From Candidatus Kuenenia stuttgartensis (GTDB lineage Bacteria > Planctomycetota > Brocadiia > Brocadiales > Brocadiaceae): DNA of 32,000 bases. Numbering within the stretch: position 1 is the first letter of the stretch; each line of letters starts with the position of its first letter. The notes beneath the pieces are model-generated. The model was not told the origin of the DNA, ran no database searches, and worked only from the letters and a program-made list of their open reading frames with translations. The position numbers were made by a program, and so were the translations under genes. The stretch spans positions 1,264,061-1,296,060 of the forward strand of contig NZ_LT934425.1 of the NCBI RefSeq assembly GCF_900232105.1, in the 5' to 3' direction. Shown in pieces: positions 9,790 through 19,032 of this stretch.

Positions 9790-11034
9790 ATGCACGGAAG
9801 AAAAAGAGTCGTCATTACGGGTACCGGAGCAATAACTTCTCTGGGGAGGGAAAAAAAGGAACTCTGGTCTGCATTGTGCAACGGTGAAAGCGGCATTAAA
9901 CCCATTACTTCTTTTGATACTACCGCATTTGAGGTGAAATTTGGCGGCGAAGTAAGCGATTTTAACCCGGCAGAGTGGCTTGATACCAAAGAGGCCAGGA
10001 GACTTGACAGATTTTCACAATTCGCGATAGCGGCGACCGATATTGCAGTAACAGATGCGGGTTTAAACTTTGACGCAATCGATACCGCGCGTGTTGGTGT
10101 CTTTATAGGATCCGGTATGGGTGGCCTTTTGGAATTTGAGGCGCAACACAAAAATCTGTTAAATAAAGGGCCATCAAGGGTTTCCCCTTTTATGGTTCCT
10201 AAACTAATGGCGAACGCAGCTTCCGCACATGCAGCAATCCGGTATGGTTTAAGAGGCCCTAATTTTGCAGTAGTTGCCGCTTGTACAACAGGGGTAATCT
10301 CCATAGGGGAAGCAGTGCGGGTAATTCAGAGAGGCGACGCAGACATCATGATTACAGGAAGTTCTGAGGCAGTTATTACCCCTTTAGCCGTAGCCGGGTT
10401 TGGCGCAATGAAGGCATTGTCTACCCACAACAGTGAACCGCAGAAAGCGAGCCGTCCATTTGATAAAAACCGTGATGGCTTTGTCATCTCTGAGGGGGCG
10501 GGAATAGTCGTTATCGAAGAACTGGAGGCTGCCAAAAAAAGAGGGGCAACAATCTATGCGGAGATATTGGGATATGGCATGACTGCCGATGCATACCATA
10601 TTGCCGCTCCCAATAGCAACGGCGAGGGTGCAATACGATGCATGACGCATGCTTTAAACGACGCCGGATGCGGCGTTGAAACGATAGATTACATAAACGC
10701 CCATGCGACGTCTACCCCGCTTGGAGATCAGATAGAGGTGGGGGCTATTAAGAAGGTTTTTGGCGACCATGCTTCAAAAATTCCAGTGAGTTCTACCAAA
10801 TCTATGCTTGGACACCAGCTTGGAGCTTCGGGAAGCGTAGAAATTATCATTTGTGCGTTTGCACTGAATGAAGGAGTTATTCCCCCAACAATAAATTATG
10901 AAACTCCTGATCCACAGTGCTCAGGACTTGATTTTGTTCCTAACGAAGCACGCGAAAAAAAGATTCATAAGACACTTTCTAATTCATTTGGATTTGGTGG
11001 ACATAATGCAACCATCATCCTTGGCAAAGTATAA
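9790..11034 (+). CDS. fabF: 3-oxoacyl-ACP synthase II
   Basis: 414 aa. Cys-His-His triad contexts: 'VVAACTTG', 'YINAHATSTPLGD' and 'GHQLGASG'. The ATG immediately follows the acpP stop. Confidence 0.93.
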   Translation: MHGRKRVVITGTGAITSLGREKKELWSALCNGESGIKPITSFDTTAFEVKFGGEVSDFNPAEWLDTKEARRLDRFSQFAIAATDIAVTDAGLNFDAIDTARVGVFIGSGMGGLLEFEAQHKNLLNKGPSRVSPFMVPKLMANAASAHAAIRYGLRGPNFAVVAACTTGVISIGEAVRVIQRGDADIMITGSSEAVITPLAVAGFGAMKALSTHNSEPQKASRPFDKNRDGFVISEGAGIVVIEELEAAKKRGATIYAEILGYGMTADAYHIAAPNSNGEGAIRCMTHALNDAGCGVETIDYINAHATSTPLGDQIEVGAIKKVFGDHASKIPVSSTKSMLGHQLGASGSVEIIICAFALNEGVIPPTINYETPDPQCSGLDFVPNEAREKKIHKTLSNSFGFGGHNATIILGKV

Positions 11035-11135
11035 TGCGTTAAGGGCGGGACAATAGTACCTTAAAAGTTATTTCTTTGCATACTTCCATTCGTCAGTGCG
11101 TGCTTTTTGTCAAAATATTTAAGGATGAAATACGA

Positions 11136-11193
11136 AAACAACTTCTAATGACAAAATGATTTGCATTTTATGTCTTGTCATTAGAAGTTGTTT
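11136..11193. repeat. Perfect 19-bp inverted repeat with a 20-nt loop (AAACAACTTCTAATGACAA ... TTGTCATTAGAAGTTGTTT)
   Basis: Arms at 11136-11154 and 11175-11193 are exactly complementary. It sits ~100 nt after the fabF stop, with no flanking U-tract. It is related to 1347-1382. Confidence 0.7.
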
Positions 11194-11389
11194 GGGCAAT
11201 TATCAATTGTCATATGAACGTATCAACACTACGCAATCATTCTCCTGCCAATCTGGTTCTTTTTTTTGTTTACATCAATTTTCAACCGATTTTTCATCAC
11301 GTCATGTGTTTTCATTGAATTAGTGAAATAATTTAATAACGGAAGTTTTGAAATATTTTTAGAAAAATAGGCTTCTTTGGCCATACACC

Positions 11390-12397
11390 ATGAAATATAC
11401 CCTACACCAAATTCAAGCAATCATAGGTGGCAAAATCCTTGGCGATGAGGAAACCGTTATCACCGGTATTGCCGGCATTGAAAATGCGGGTGAAGGGGAT
11501 ATTTCTTTTGTTAAAAATGATACGCTCATCCGGCAGGCTCTTTCTTCTCAGGCTTCTGCATTTATAGTACACCAGGAAATTTCTGCATTAAAAAAACCCT
11601 GTATCATACTACAAAATCCGTTTTTTGCGTTTACCCTCCTCATGGGCGATGCTGCAAAAAAAAGATTTGCCCGTCAGGCAAGCATCCATACTTCCGCAAT
11701 TATCAGCAGCAGCGCTGCAATTGGCAAGGATGCCTCTATTGGCGCGTACGTTGTAATAGAAGATAACGCTGTAATTGGAAACAATGTTGTCATTTATCCC
11801 GGTACGTTCATTGGAAAGGATTGCAAAATCGGAGACAATGCCCTTATTTATGCGAATGTCACTATCAGGGAAAAATGTAGTATTGGCAGAAGGGTAATTA
11901 TTCATTGTAACAGTGTTATTGGCGATGATGGTTTCGGTTACCTCCAAATGGAAAAAAAACACATCAAGATCCCCCAAATAGGAACGGTGGAAATTGGAGA
12001 TGATGTGGAAATCGGATCAATGGTAACTGTTTGCCGCGCGGCCATAGATAAAACAATCATCGGAAACGGCGTAAAAATAGACAATCATTCGCATATCGCG
12101 CATAATGTGGAAATTGGGGAGAATACAATGCTCGTAGGCTATGCAAAAATTGCCGGCAGCGTAAAAATCGGGAAAAATGTTATGGTTGCCGGAGACGTAG
12201 ACATTACTGGCCATGCAACAATCGGGGATAATTGCGTTATAGGCGGAGGATCGAAGGTCCACAAAAACCTCAAACCAGGCGCTATTGTCTGGGGCGCTCC
12301 GGCAAAGCCGATATCTGAAGAAAAGCGAATACAGGTGTTATTGAGAAAACTGCCCGAAATGTATCAGGCGATTAAAAAAGTAATGCATACATCATAA
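11390..12397 (+). CDS. lpxD: UDP-3-O-acylglucosamine N-acyltransferase
   Basis: LpxD-type N-terminal domain ('ITGIAGIENAGEGDISFVKN') followed by long left-handed beta-helix hexapeptide repeats and 'GDDGFGY'. Confidence 0.9.
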   Translation: MKYTLHQIQAIIGGKILGDEETVITGIAGIENAGEGDISFVKNDTLIRQALSSQASAFIVHQEISALKKPCIILQNPFFAFTLLMGDAAKKRFARQASIHTSAIISSSAAIGKDASIGAYVVIEDNAVIGNNVVIYPGTFIGKDCKIGDNALIYANVTIREKCSIGRRVIIHCNSVIGDDGFGYLQMEKKHIKIPQIGTVEIGDDVEIGSMVTVCRAAIDKTIIGNGVKIDNHSHIAHNVEIGENTMLVGYAKIAGSVKIGKNVMVAGDVDITGHATIGDNCVIGGGSKVHKNLKPGAIVWGAPAKPISEEKRIQVLLRKLPEMYQAIKKVMHTS

Positions 12398-12417
12398 ACC
12401 GGGAGAGGAAATCGTAT

Positions 12418-14244
12418 ATGTGTGGAATTGTCGGGTATATTGGACCTAAAAATGCCCTCAATGTTTTGATGCATGGTATCAAAAGGCTGGAATATCGTGG
12501 TTACGATTCTTCCGGGATTGCCTTTTTTGAAAACGGTTCCCTGCGCTGTGAGAAGGCTGTTGGAAAAATTGCAATGCTGGAAGAAAAATTAAGCGGTAAT
12601 GTATGTATTTCACATGCAGGGATTGTTCATACGCGATGGGCGACCCATGGTACACCTACTTTTGAAAATGCGCATCCCCACTTTGATTGCCATAACGAAA
12701 TCGCAGTGGTGCATAATGGGATCATTGAGAATTATGACTATTTGAAATTAAAATTGCAGCAAAACGGCCATACGTTCAGAAGCCAGACAGATACCGAGGT
12801 GCTGGCGCATCTTATCGAGGAACATTACCGGGATAATCTTGAAACCGCTGTCATGGAAGCTCTGAAGAAAGTGGAAGGAACGTATGGGCTTGCAGCTATT
12901 TCTTCAAAAGATCCCGAAAAAATCGTAGCAGCAAGAAATGGATCACCGTTAATACTGGGGATTGGAGACCATGAATATTTCATTACTTCTGACGTGTCTG
13001 CCTCGTTGGAACATACACGGGAGGTAATGTACCTGGACGACAATGAGATAGCAATCCTAACCCCCGAAGGTTACAAAACAAAGACCATACAAAACATCCC
13101 TACATATAAAAAAACAGAAGAGGTGTTGTGGAATATTGATATGATCGAAAAAGGCGGTTACAAACACTTCATGCTGAAAGAAATCCACGAACAGCCCCAG
13201 GCGCTTCTCAACCTTATGAGAGGAAGGGTGGACGGAAACCACGGTCCGATAAAATTAGGCGGACTCATTAACCGGGAAAAAGAACTTTTAGAAGCAAAAC
13301 GGATTATCATTATTGCGTGCGGAACGTCCTGGCATGCCGGATTGGTCGGAGAGTATATGCTGGAAGAGTTGGTCAGGCTTCCCGTCGAAGTGGAATATGC
13401 ATCTGAATTTCGTTATCGTAACCCCATTATCGAAAAAAACACCATAGTAATCGCCATCAGTCAATCGGGAGAAACAGCGGATACACTGGCGGCTATGCGC
13501 CAGGCAAAGGGAAAGGGGGCCGCAATGTTGTCAATCTGCAATGTTGTCGGAAGCAGTATTGCCCGTGAGGCCGGATCGGGAATTTACCTGCATATCGGCC
13601 CGGAAATAGGGGTTGCATCTACAAAGGCATTTACTGCACAGATAGCCGCCTTCTATTTGTTTTCCCTTTACCTGTTGCTTCTGAAAAACAAAGACTACGC
13701 CATTCCGCCTGAAATGATTTCTGCTATCAGGACTATCCCTGACAAGATACAAACCATTCTCGACAGGGAAAAGGAAATAGGAGAAATCGCGAAAATCTAC
13801 AAAGACACGAACCACGCCCTTTACCTTGGCAGAGGATTCAACTATCCCGTGGCGCTTGAGGGTGCCCTTAAATTAAAGGAAATCTCATATATCCACGCAG
13901 AGGGCTATCCCGCGGCTGAAATGAAACACGGCCCCATTGCCCTTATTGACAAAAATATGCCGGTAATATTTATCGCAACAAAAGACAGTACGTACGGAAA
14001 AATACTCAACAACATTGAAGAAGTGAAATCAAGGGGTGGAAAAGTCATTGCAATTGCAACGGAAGGAGACAGAAAAATTACCGAAAAGGTCGATCATGTA
14101 TTCCATATCCCGGAAACTTCAGGCGTTCTGATACCAATTCTTTCGGTAATTCCCCTCCAATTACTTGCATACCATATGGCAGTCTTACGTGGTTGCGATG
14201 TGGACAAGCCAAGAAATCTGGCAAAAAGCGTCACGGTAGAATAA
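12418..14244 (+). CDS. glmS: Glutamine--fructose-6-phosphate aminotransferase
   Basis: 'MCGIVGYIG' Ntn-amidotransferase start, two SIS domains and the C-terminal 'DKPRNLAKSVTVE'. Confidence 0.97.
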   Translation: MCGIVGYIGPKNALNVLMHGIKRLEYRGYDSSGIAFFENGSLRCEKAVGKIAMLEEKLSGNVCISHAGIVHTRWATHGTPTFENAHPHFDCHNEIAVVHNGIIENYDYLKLKLQQNGHTFRSQTDTEVLAHLIEEHYRDNLETAVMEALKKVEGTYGLAAISSKDPEKIVAARNGSPLILGIGDHEYFITSDVSASLEHTREVMYLDDNEIAILTPEGYKTKTIQNIPTYKKTEEVLWNIDMIEKGGYKHFMLKEIHEQPQALLNLMRGRVDGNHGPIKLGGLINREKELLEAKRIIIIACGTSWHAGLVGEYMLEELVRLPVEVEYASEFRYRNPIIEKNTIVIAISQSGETADTLAAMRQAKGKGAAMLSICNVVGSSIAREAGSGIYLHIGPEIGVASTKAFTAQIAAFYLFSLYLLLLKNKDYAIPPEMISAIRTIPDKIQTILDREKEIGEIAKIYKDTNHALYLGRGFNYPVALEGALKLKEISYIHAEGYPAAEMKHGPIALIDKNMPVIFIATKDSTYGKILNNIEEVKSRGGKVIAIATEGDRKITEKVDHVFHIPETSGVLIPILSVIPLQLLAYHMAVLRGCDVDKPRNLAKSVTVE

Positions 14245-14287
14245 AACAAAAAACACTATTTCATATAAGAACACAGAGAACGCTATT

Positions 14288-14920
14288 TTACTTTGCGTCC
14301 TTTTCCCACTTCTCTTTTAAATACCGCTCCCTTCCCGAGCCATATTTATACCTGTTGTACTGTGTCTGGTTTTTCTCATAATATTTCTGATGATACTCTT
14401 CCGCCTTGTAAAATGCCGAAGCAGGCACAATTTCCGTGACAATTGGCTTATTAAATTTTCCTGATTTCTCCAACTCTTTTTTTGACGACTCGGCAAGATT
14501 TTTCTGTTCCTCCGTATGATAAAAGATTGCCGTTCGGTATTGAGACCCTACGTCAGCAAATTGCCTGTTCATTGCAGTAGGATCAATATTTCTCCAAAAT
14601 ACTTGCAAAAGAGACGCGTAAGAAATGAGCGAGGGATCATACCATATCTCTATCGCTTCTGCATGGCCCGTCCTGCCGGAATATACATCCTCATAGGCAG
14701 GATTCTCAACATTGCCGCCGGTATATCCGACAGCAGTGGAAATCACGCCCTCTAATTGGTCGAAGGGCTGCTGCATGCACCAAAAACAACCCCCGGCAAA
14801 GGTAGCCATTTCATATTTTTTATGAGTCGTATCACTATCGCTATTTTTACTTTCACCACACAATGCGCCATTTATTCCTAAAACAATTAATATAAATAAT
14901 GGAATCAAATAATTATTCAT
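14288..14920 (-). CDS. msrA: Peptide-methionine (S)-S-oxide reductase MsrA with an N-terminal signal peptide
   Basis: 'GGCFWCMQQPFD' active-site motif and 'GHAEAIEIWYDP'. Start chosen at the ATG at 14920, which has AAGGGGGG 8-13 nt upstream. From there the protein begins MNNYLIPLFILIVLGINGALCG, a hydrophobic signal-like segment. Confidence 0.88.
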   Translation of the reverse strand: MNNYLIPLFILIVLGINGALCGESKNSDSDTTHKKYEMATFAGGCFWCMQQPFDQLEGVISTAVGYTGGNVENPAYEDVYSGRTGHAEAIEIWYDPSLISYASLLQVFWRNIDPTAMNRQFADVGSQYRTAIFYHTEEQKNLAESSKKELEKSGKFNKPIVTEIVPASAFYKAEEYHQKYYEKNQTQYNRYKYGSGRERYLKEKWEKDAK

Positions 14921-15098
14921 ACCAGCGCCCCCCTTACATGCTGTAATTTTGAAGATATTCGTTAATACACGTTTACTGCTTTTACCGAAAACGAAGCGTA
15001 ATCTCATAGTATCAAATATTTGTCAGAATGAAAGAGGACATCCCACAAAAAAATCCTCCAACTCTTATTATTATGCGACAAATACAGGTGGAAAAAGT

Positions 15099-15127
15099 TT
15101 GCATTTTTACAATAGGTTCTATAGTAT
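15099..15127 (+). promoter_or_regulatory. Sigma70-like promoter TTGCAT-17 nt-TAGTAT upstream of cysC
   Basis: Hexamers and spacing read directly from the sequence. It would give a ~235-nt cysC leader. The background is AT-rich, so confidence is low. Confidence 0.3.
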
Positions 15128-15366
15128 TTACAAAACTTTATTTTATCAATTATATACTCCATAAAATATTTATCTTGTTTGGAAATTTGTTTTCAACCGC
15201 GCAACATGGAATTATTGCCAACAAGGGCAACTGTCATGCAACATTTTCAAATGAATCAATCACGGCGACTCAGGTTTGTCACCCGAACCCATGAAGTTAT
15301 TTGGTCGCCAGCAGGGGGCGCATACTTTAATTATTTAATACTTTCGCTTATCAATAAGGAGATGAA

Positions 15367-15978
15367 ATGTCAGACCAGAAGGTTACGAACATAAAATGGC
15401 ATCATGGCAAGATTACAAAGGCGCACAGAATCGATCTGATGAAACAAAAGGGAGTCACTATCTGGCTCACGGGTCTTTCAGGGTCTGGGAAATCCACCAT
15501 TGCCGTAGAGCTTGAACACGCTCTTGTTGAAAATAAACATCAGGCATATATACTCGATGGCGACAATATACGCCACGGCCTTAATAAGAATCTTGGGTTT
15601 TCCCCCGAGGACCGCGCAGAAAATATTCGGCGTATTGGAGAGGTCGCCAAACTTTTTACTGACGCAAATATAATAACAATAACCGCCTTTATCTCTCCCT
15701 ATAAAGAAGACAGAGATAATGCGAGGAAATTGCAGAACGAAGGGGAATTTATAGAAATTTATGTGAAATGTCCGCTTAACGTGTGCGAACAACGCGATGT
15801 AAAGGGTCTCTATAAAAAAGCCAGGACTGGAGAAATAAAAGAATTTACGGGCATATCTGCGCCTTATGAAGAACCCTCCAACCCCGAGCTGACCATTGAT
15901 ACATCGGTAATGCCGGTAGAAGAATCAACCAGAGCTATTTTAAAATACCTCGAAGAAAACAGGTATGTACGATTCTGA
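15367..15978 (+). CDS. cysC: Adenylyl-sulfate (APS) kinase
   Basis: P-loop '[13 protein letters not shown]', '[17 protein letters not shown]', 'FISPY' and '[11 protein letters not shown]'. An AAGGAG SD lies upstream. Confidence 0.93.
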   Translation: MSDQKVTNIKWHHGKITKAHRIDLMKQKGVTIWLTGLSGSGKSTIAVELEHALVENKHQAYILDGDNIRHGLNKNLGFSPEDRAENIRRIGEVAKLFTDANIITITAFISPYKEDRDNARKLQNEGEFIEIYVKCPLNVCEQRDVKGLYKKARTGEIKEFTGISAPYEEPSNPELTIDTSVMPVEESTRAILKYLEENRYVRF

Positions 15979-16055
15979 AAAAAAGGTGTAATCTTCTTTT
16001 TACGTAAAAGCATAACTTTATGCTGATTCTGCTCCTTCACTTAAGAGCACATTAA

Positions 16056-17108
<1,053 letters not shown>

Positions 17109-17139
17109 AGTATAGTATAGCGGTTTCATTAAAATATCT

Positions 17140-17218
17140 ACATTACTTTGTTAAAAATTAAGCGGCGATTTTTTTCTTAAATCGAGCGGATTTAATTTTA
17201 AAACATTACTTTGTTAAA
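17140..17218. repeat. Tandem duplicated IS end: two direct copies of ACATTACTTTGTTAAA, 63 bp apart
   Basis: Copies at 17140-17155 and 17203-17218. A further copy in the opposite orientation lies at 17360-17375, inside the last codons of the transposase (FKHYFVKNH*). Confidence 0.85.
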
Positions 17219-17350
17219 ATAATATGCAAAACAACCTTAATTCCCTCTATTTAAAAGGATTTATGCTTTGAAAAATCCTTGATTAATACCATACAATAAG
17301 TAGGATGCCGAACGCAAAGGCATACAAAATATATCACTTTATGAACGGTT

Positions 17351-18709
17351 TCAGTGGTTTTTAACAAAGTAATGTTTAAAATATTCTTGTGAGAGTTTTT
17401 CGTTCTTTGATAAAGCGTTTGTTGATGAGAATTCAAGCAGGGAATTGATTGCTTTTTTGAATTCATTAAAGGTAGAAGGTTTTGTTTCTATGATTTTATC
17501 CAGATAAGCGTTTTGTTTTATCCAGTAAACGAATGTCCATGAGATCAGACAAATATTCCAATATCGCTCAATCTTGTCAATGTGCCTTACCTGATAATGA
17601 TCGAAATAAAAAGTATCCTTCAATTCCTTGAAACAGTGTTCAATACCCCAACGCAACAGATAGTTTGTGATAACCGTTTTTACAGAGGCGTCGAGTTGAT
17701 TGGTGATAAGGACATGATATTTTTTATCATCTTCCTTGTTCCATTTTCCCAAAATTACCACAAACTTCAACGGGACATTGCAACCATTCAGTTTGGCGTC
17801 AAACGTGTAGGTTTTATAGGAGACTTCACTTCCATCCGCGGATTTTAAAGTAACATACTTGATTTTGCCGGCATAATGCTTTTTGATGAGGGTCACGAGC
17901 TCATCTGGTTTGATTATGCAATATTTTTGTTTTTCCGGATGGTACATGGAGATATTTCTGTTTGATTTTATTTCTGAAAAAAAGTGTTTCTTTTTTGCGT
18001 GAATATGTTCGAGAAACCGTTGAGAGGCATACCATGTGTCGAAGGCAATAGCTGAAAAATCAAAGGCGTTCGAAGCAGCATCAAACATATCCATTGCTAT
18101 TTGTATTTTGTCTTTAAATTTGGGGTCATTTTTCCCTTCCCCGAACTCATCGGCAGGAAGGTAGGGAATAACATCCAGGGGAAAATGTTTTGTTTTTGAG
18201 ACAAATGCCGCGCCAACAACAACATTGCAGGTTTCCGGCCTTTTAAGCGGACCGCAATATTGCCATTTGGCTGCCTCTGTATTTTTAGCATAGGGCTTTG
18301 GACATCCGGTATCATCTATGGTAAGGATGCTGTCTTTTGACAATGCCGTGGTTCTTTGTTTTTGGATAATGTCCATTCTTTTCTGCTTTAATGCGGGTAA
18401 ATCCCATTTGGATTCAGAAAAGAAGTATTGAAATTTCTGGTAATCCGTATGAACGGCTTGCGCCATGGCCTCCAGTGAATTTCTTTTATAGTCTTTAAAC
18501 ATTGCGTAGACGACAAGTAGAAACATTGCAAATTGTTTTTTAGTAAAACACGATGCAAAATGTTCAAGAAATTTATTTAATAACGGTATGTTTGTTCTGA
18601 AAATACTCAAATCCTTTGCTCCGGTAATTGATTGTGTAAAAAATTTACAAGTGCAATTAATACCGGAAGTAACGAGCAAAATCAAGAGTAAATATTTGTC
18701 GCAAAGCAT
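17351..18709 (-). CDS. IS701-family DDE transposase
   Basis: 452 aa. Family-typical N-terminal region ('YQKFQYFFSESKWD') and catalytic contexts 'LTIDDTGCPK', 'IAFDTWYAS' and 'RWGIEHCFKELK'. Confidence 0.85.
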   Translation of the reverse strand: MLCDKYLLLILLVTSGINCTCKFFTQSITGAKDLSIFRTNIPLLNKFLEHFASCFTKKQFAMFLLVVYAMFKDYKRNSLEAMAQAVHTDYQKFQYFFSESKWDLPALKQKRMDIIQKQRTTALSKDSILTIDDTGCPKPYAKNTEAAKWQYCGPLKRPETCNVVVGAAFVSKTKHFPLDVIPYLPADEFGEGKNDPKFKDKIQIAMDMFDAASNAFDFSAIAFDTWYASQRFLEHIHAKKKHFFSEIKSNRNISMYHPEKQKYCIIKPDELVTLIKKHYAGKIKYVTLKSADGSEVSYKTYTFDAKLNGCNVPLKFVVILGKWNKEDDKKYHVLITNQLDASVKTVITNYLLRWGIEHCFKELKDTFYFDHYQVRHIDKIERYWNICLISWTFVYWIKQNAYLDKIIETKPSTFNEFKKAINSLLEFSSTNALSKNEKLSQEYFKHYFVKNH

Positions 18710-18802
18710 TGCTAAGTCATAAGTTGTGGCCGACTCGACTTACGACTTAAAAATATTTTTTCAGACGCTTTCTTTAACAAAGTAATGTATCTACATTGAT
18801 AC

Positions 18803-18890
18803 CGTCATTGCGAGCGACAGCGAAGCAATCTTAAGTCTTTTGGGACAAGAGATTGCTTCGTCGCTCCACTCCTCGCAATGACATTTTTTT
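18803..18890 (+). terminator. Composite palindromic element followed by T7: a likely intrinsic terminator
   Basis: Outer arms are GTCATTGCGAG (18804-18814) and CTCGCAATGAC (18872-18882). Inner arms are CGAAGCAATCT (18821-18831) and AGATTGCTTCG (18850-18860). ATTTTTTT follows at 18883-18890. Confidence 0.5.
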
Positions 18891-19032
18891 ACGTACACAT
18901 TTTAACGAAACGATGTAATAGTATCGGTACAGAAGTAGGGTCAAATGTCCAAATAAATAAATGTTTTCATGCCCTTTTGCGTGCCATCGGCTAATGAATG
19001 TTTACTCTGACGGAGCTGTTCAATGAGGTATT

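Larger units (their letters stand above)
17140..18788 (-). mobile_element. IS701-family insertion sequence (1649 bp) with a 4-bp target-site duplication
   Basis: Perfect 16-bp terminal inverted repeats: ACATTACTTTGTTAAA at 17140-17155 and its complement at 18773-18788. It is flanked by direct ATCT (17136-17139 and 18789-18792) and contains a single DDE transposase ORF. Confidence 0.8.

Noticed and set aside
9489-10304. 271-aa ORF antisense to the fabD end, acpP and fabF. It is conspicuously long for an AT-rich genome.
   Set aside because: It runs straight across two gene boundaries opposite strongly conserved genes. It is Ser/Ala/Ile-rich low-complexity sequence, as expected from the complement of codon-biased genes, and it has no SD or recognisable domain. 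I treat it as a shadow ORF.
12398-12417. Possible glmS ribozyme upstream of glmS.
   Set aside because: Only 20 nt, carrying an SD, separate lpxD from glmS. There is no room for the ~170-nt ribozyme.
14921-15007. The ORF-track start of msrA at 15007 (MRLRFVFGKSSKRVL...).
   Set aside because: The 29 extra residues precede a canonical signal peptide and have no SD. The internal ATG at 14920 has AAGGGGGG at the proper distance.
15134-15366. Riboswitch (for example a SAM-class one) in the long cysC leader, suggested by a GGCGAC (15264-15269) / GTCGCC (15304-15309) closing stem.
   Set aside because: I could not match any conserved core of the SAM-I/II/V or SAM-SAH classes. A single 6-bp stem in 230 nt is not evidence. 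This needs a cmscan before anything is claimed.
17140-18788. A repeated 16-mer (4 copies) considered as a possible mini-CRISPR or iteron array.
   Set aside because: The copies differ in orientation, have irregular spacing (63, ~140 and ~1400 bp), and two of them are the termini of a transposase-bearing element with a TSD. They are IS end or subterminal binding motifs.
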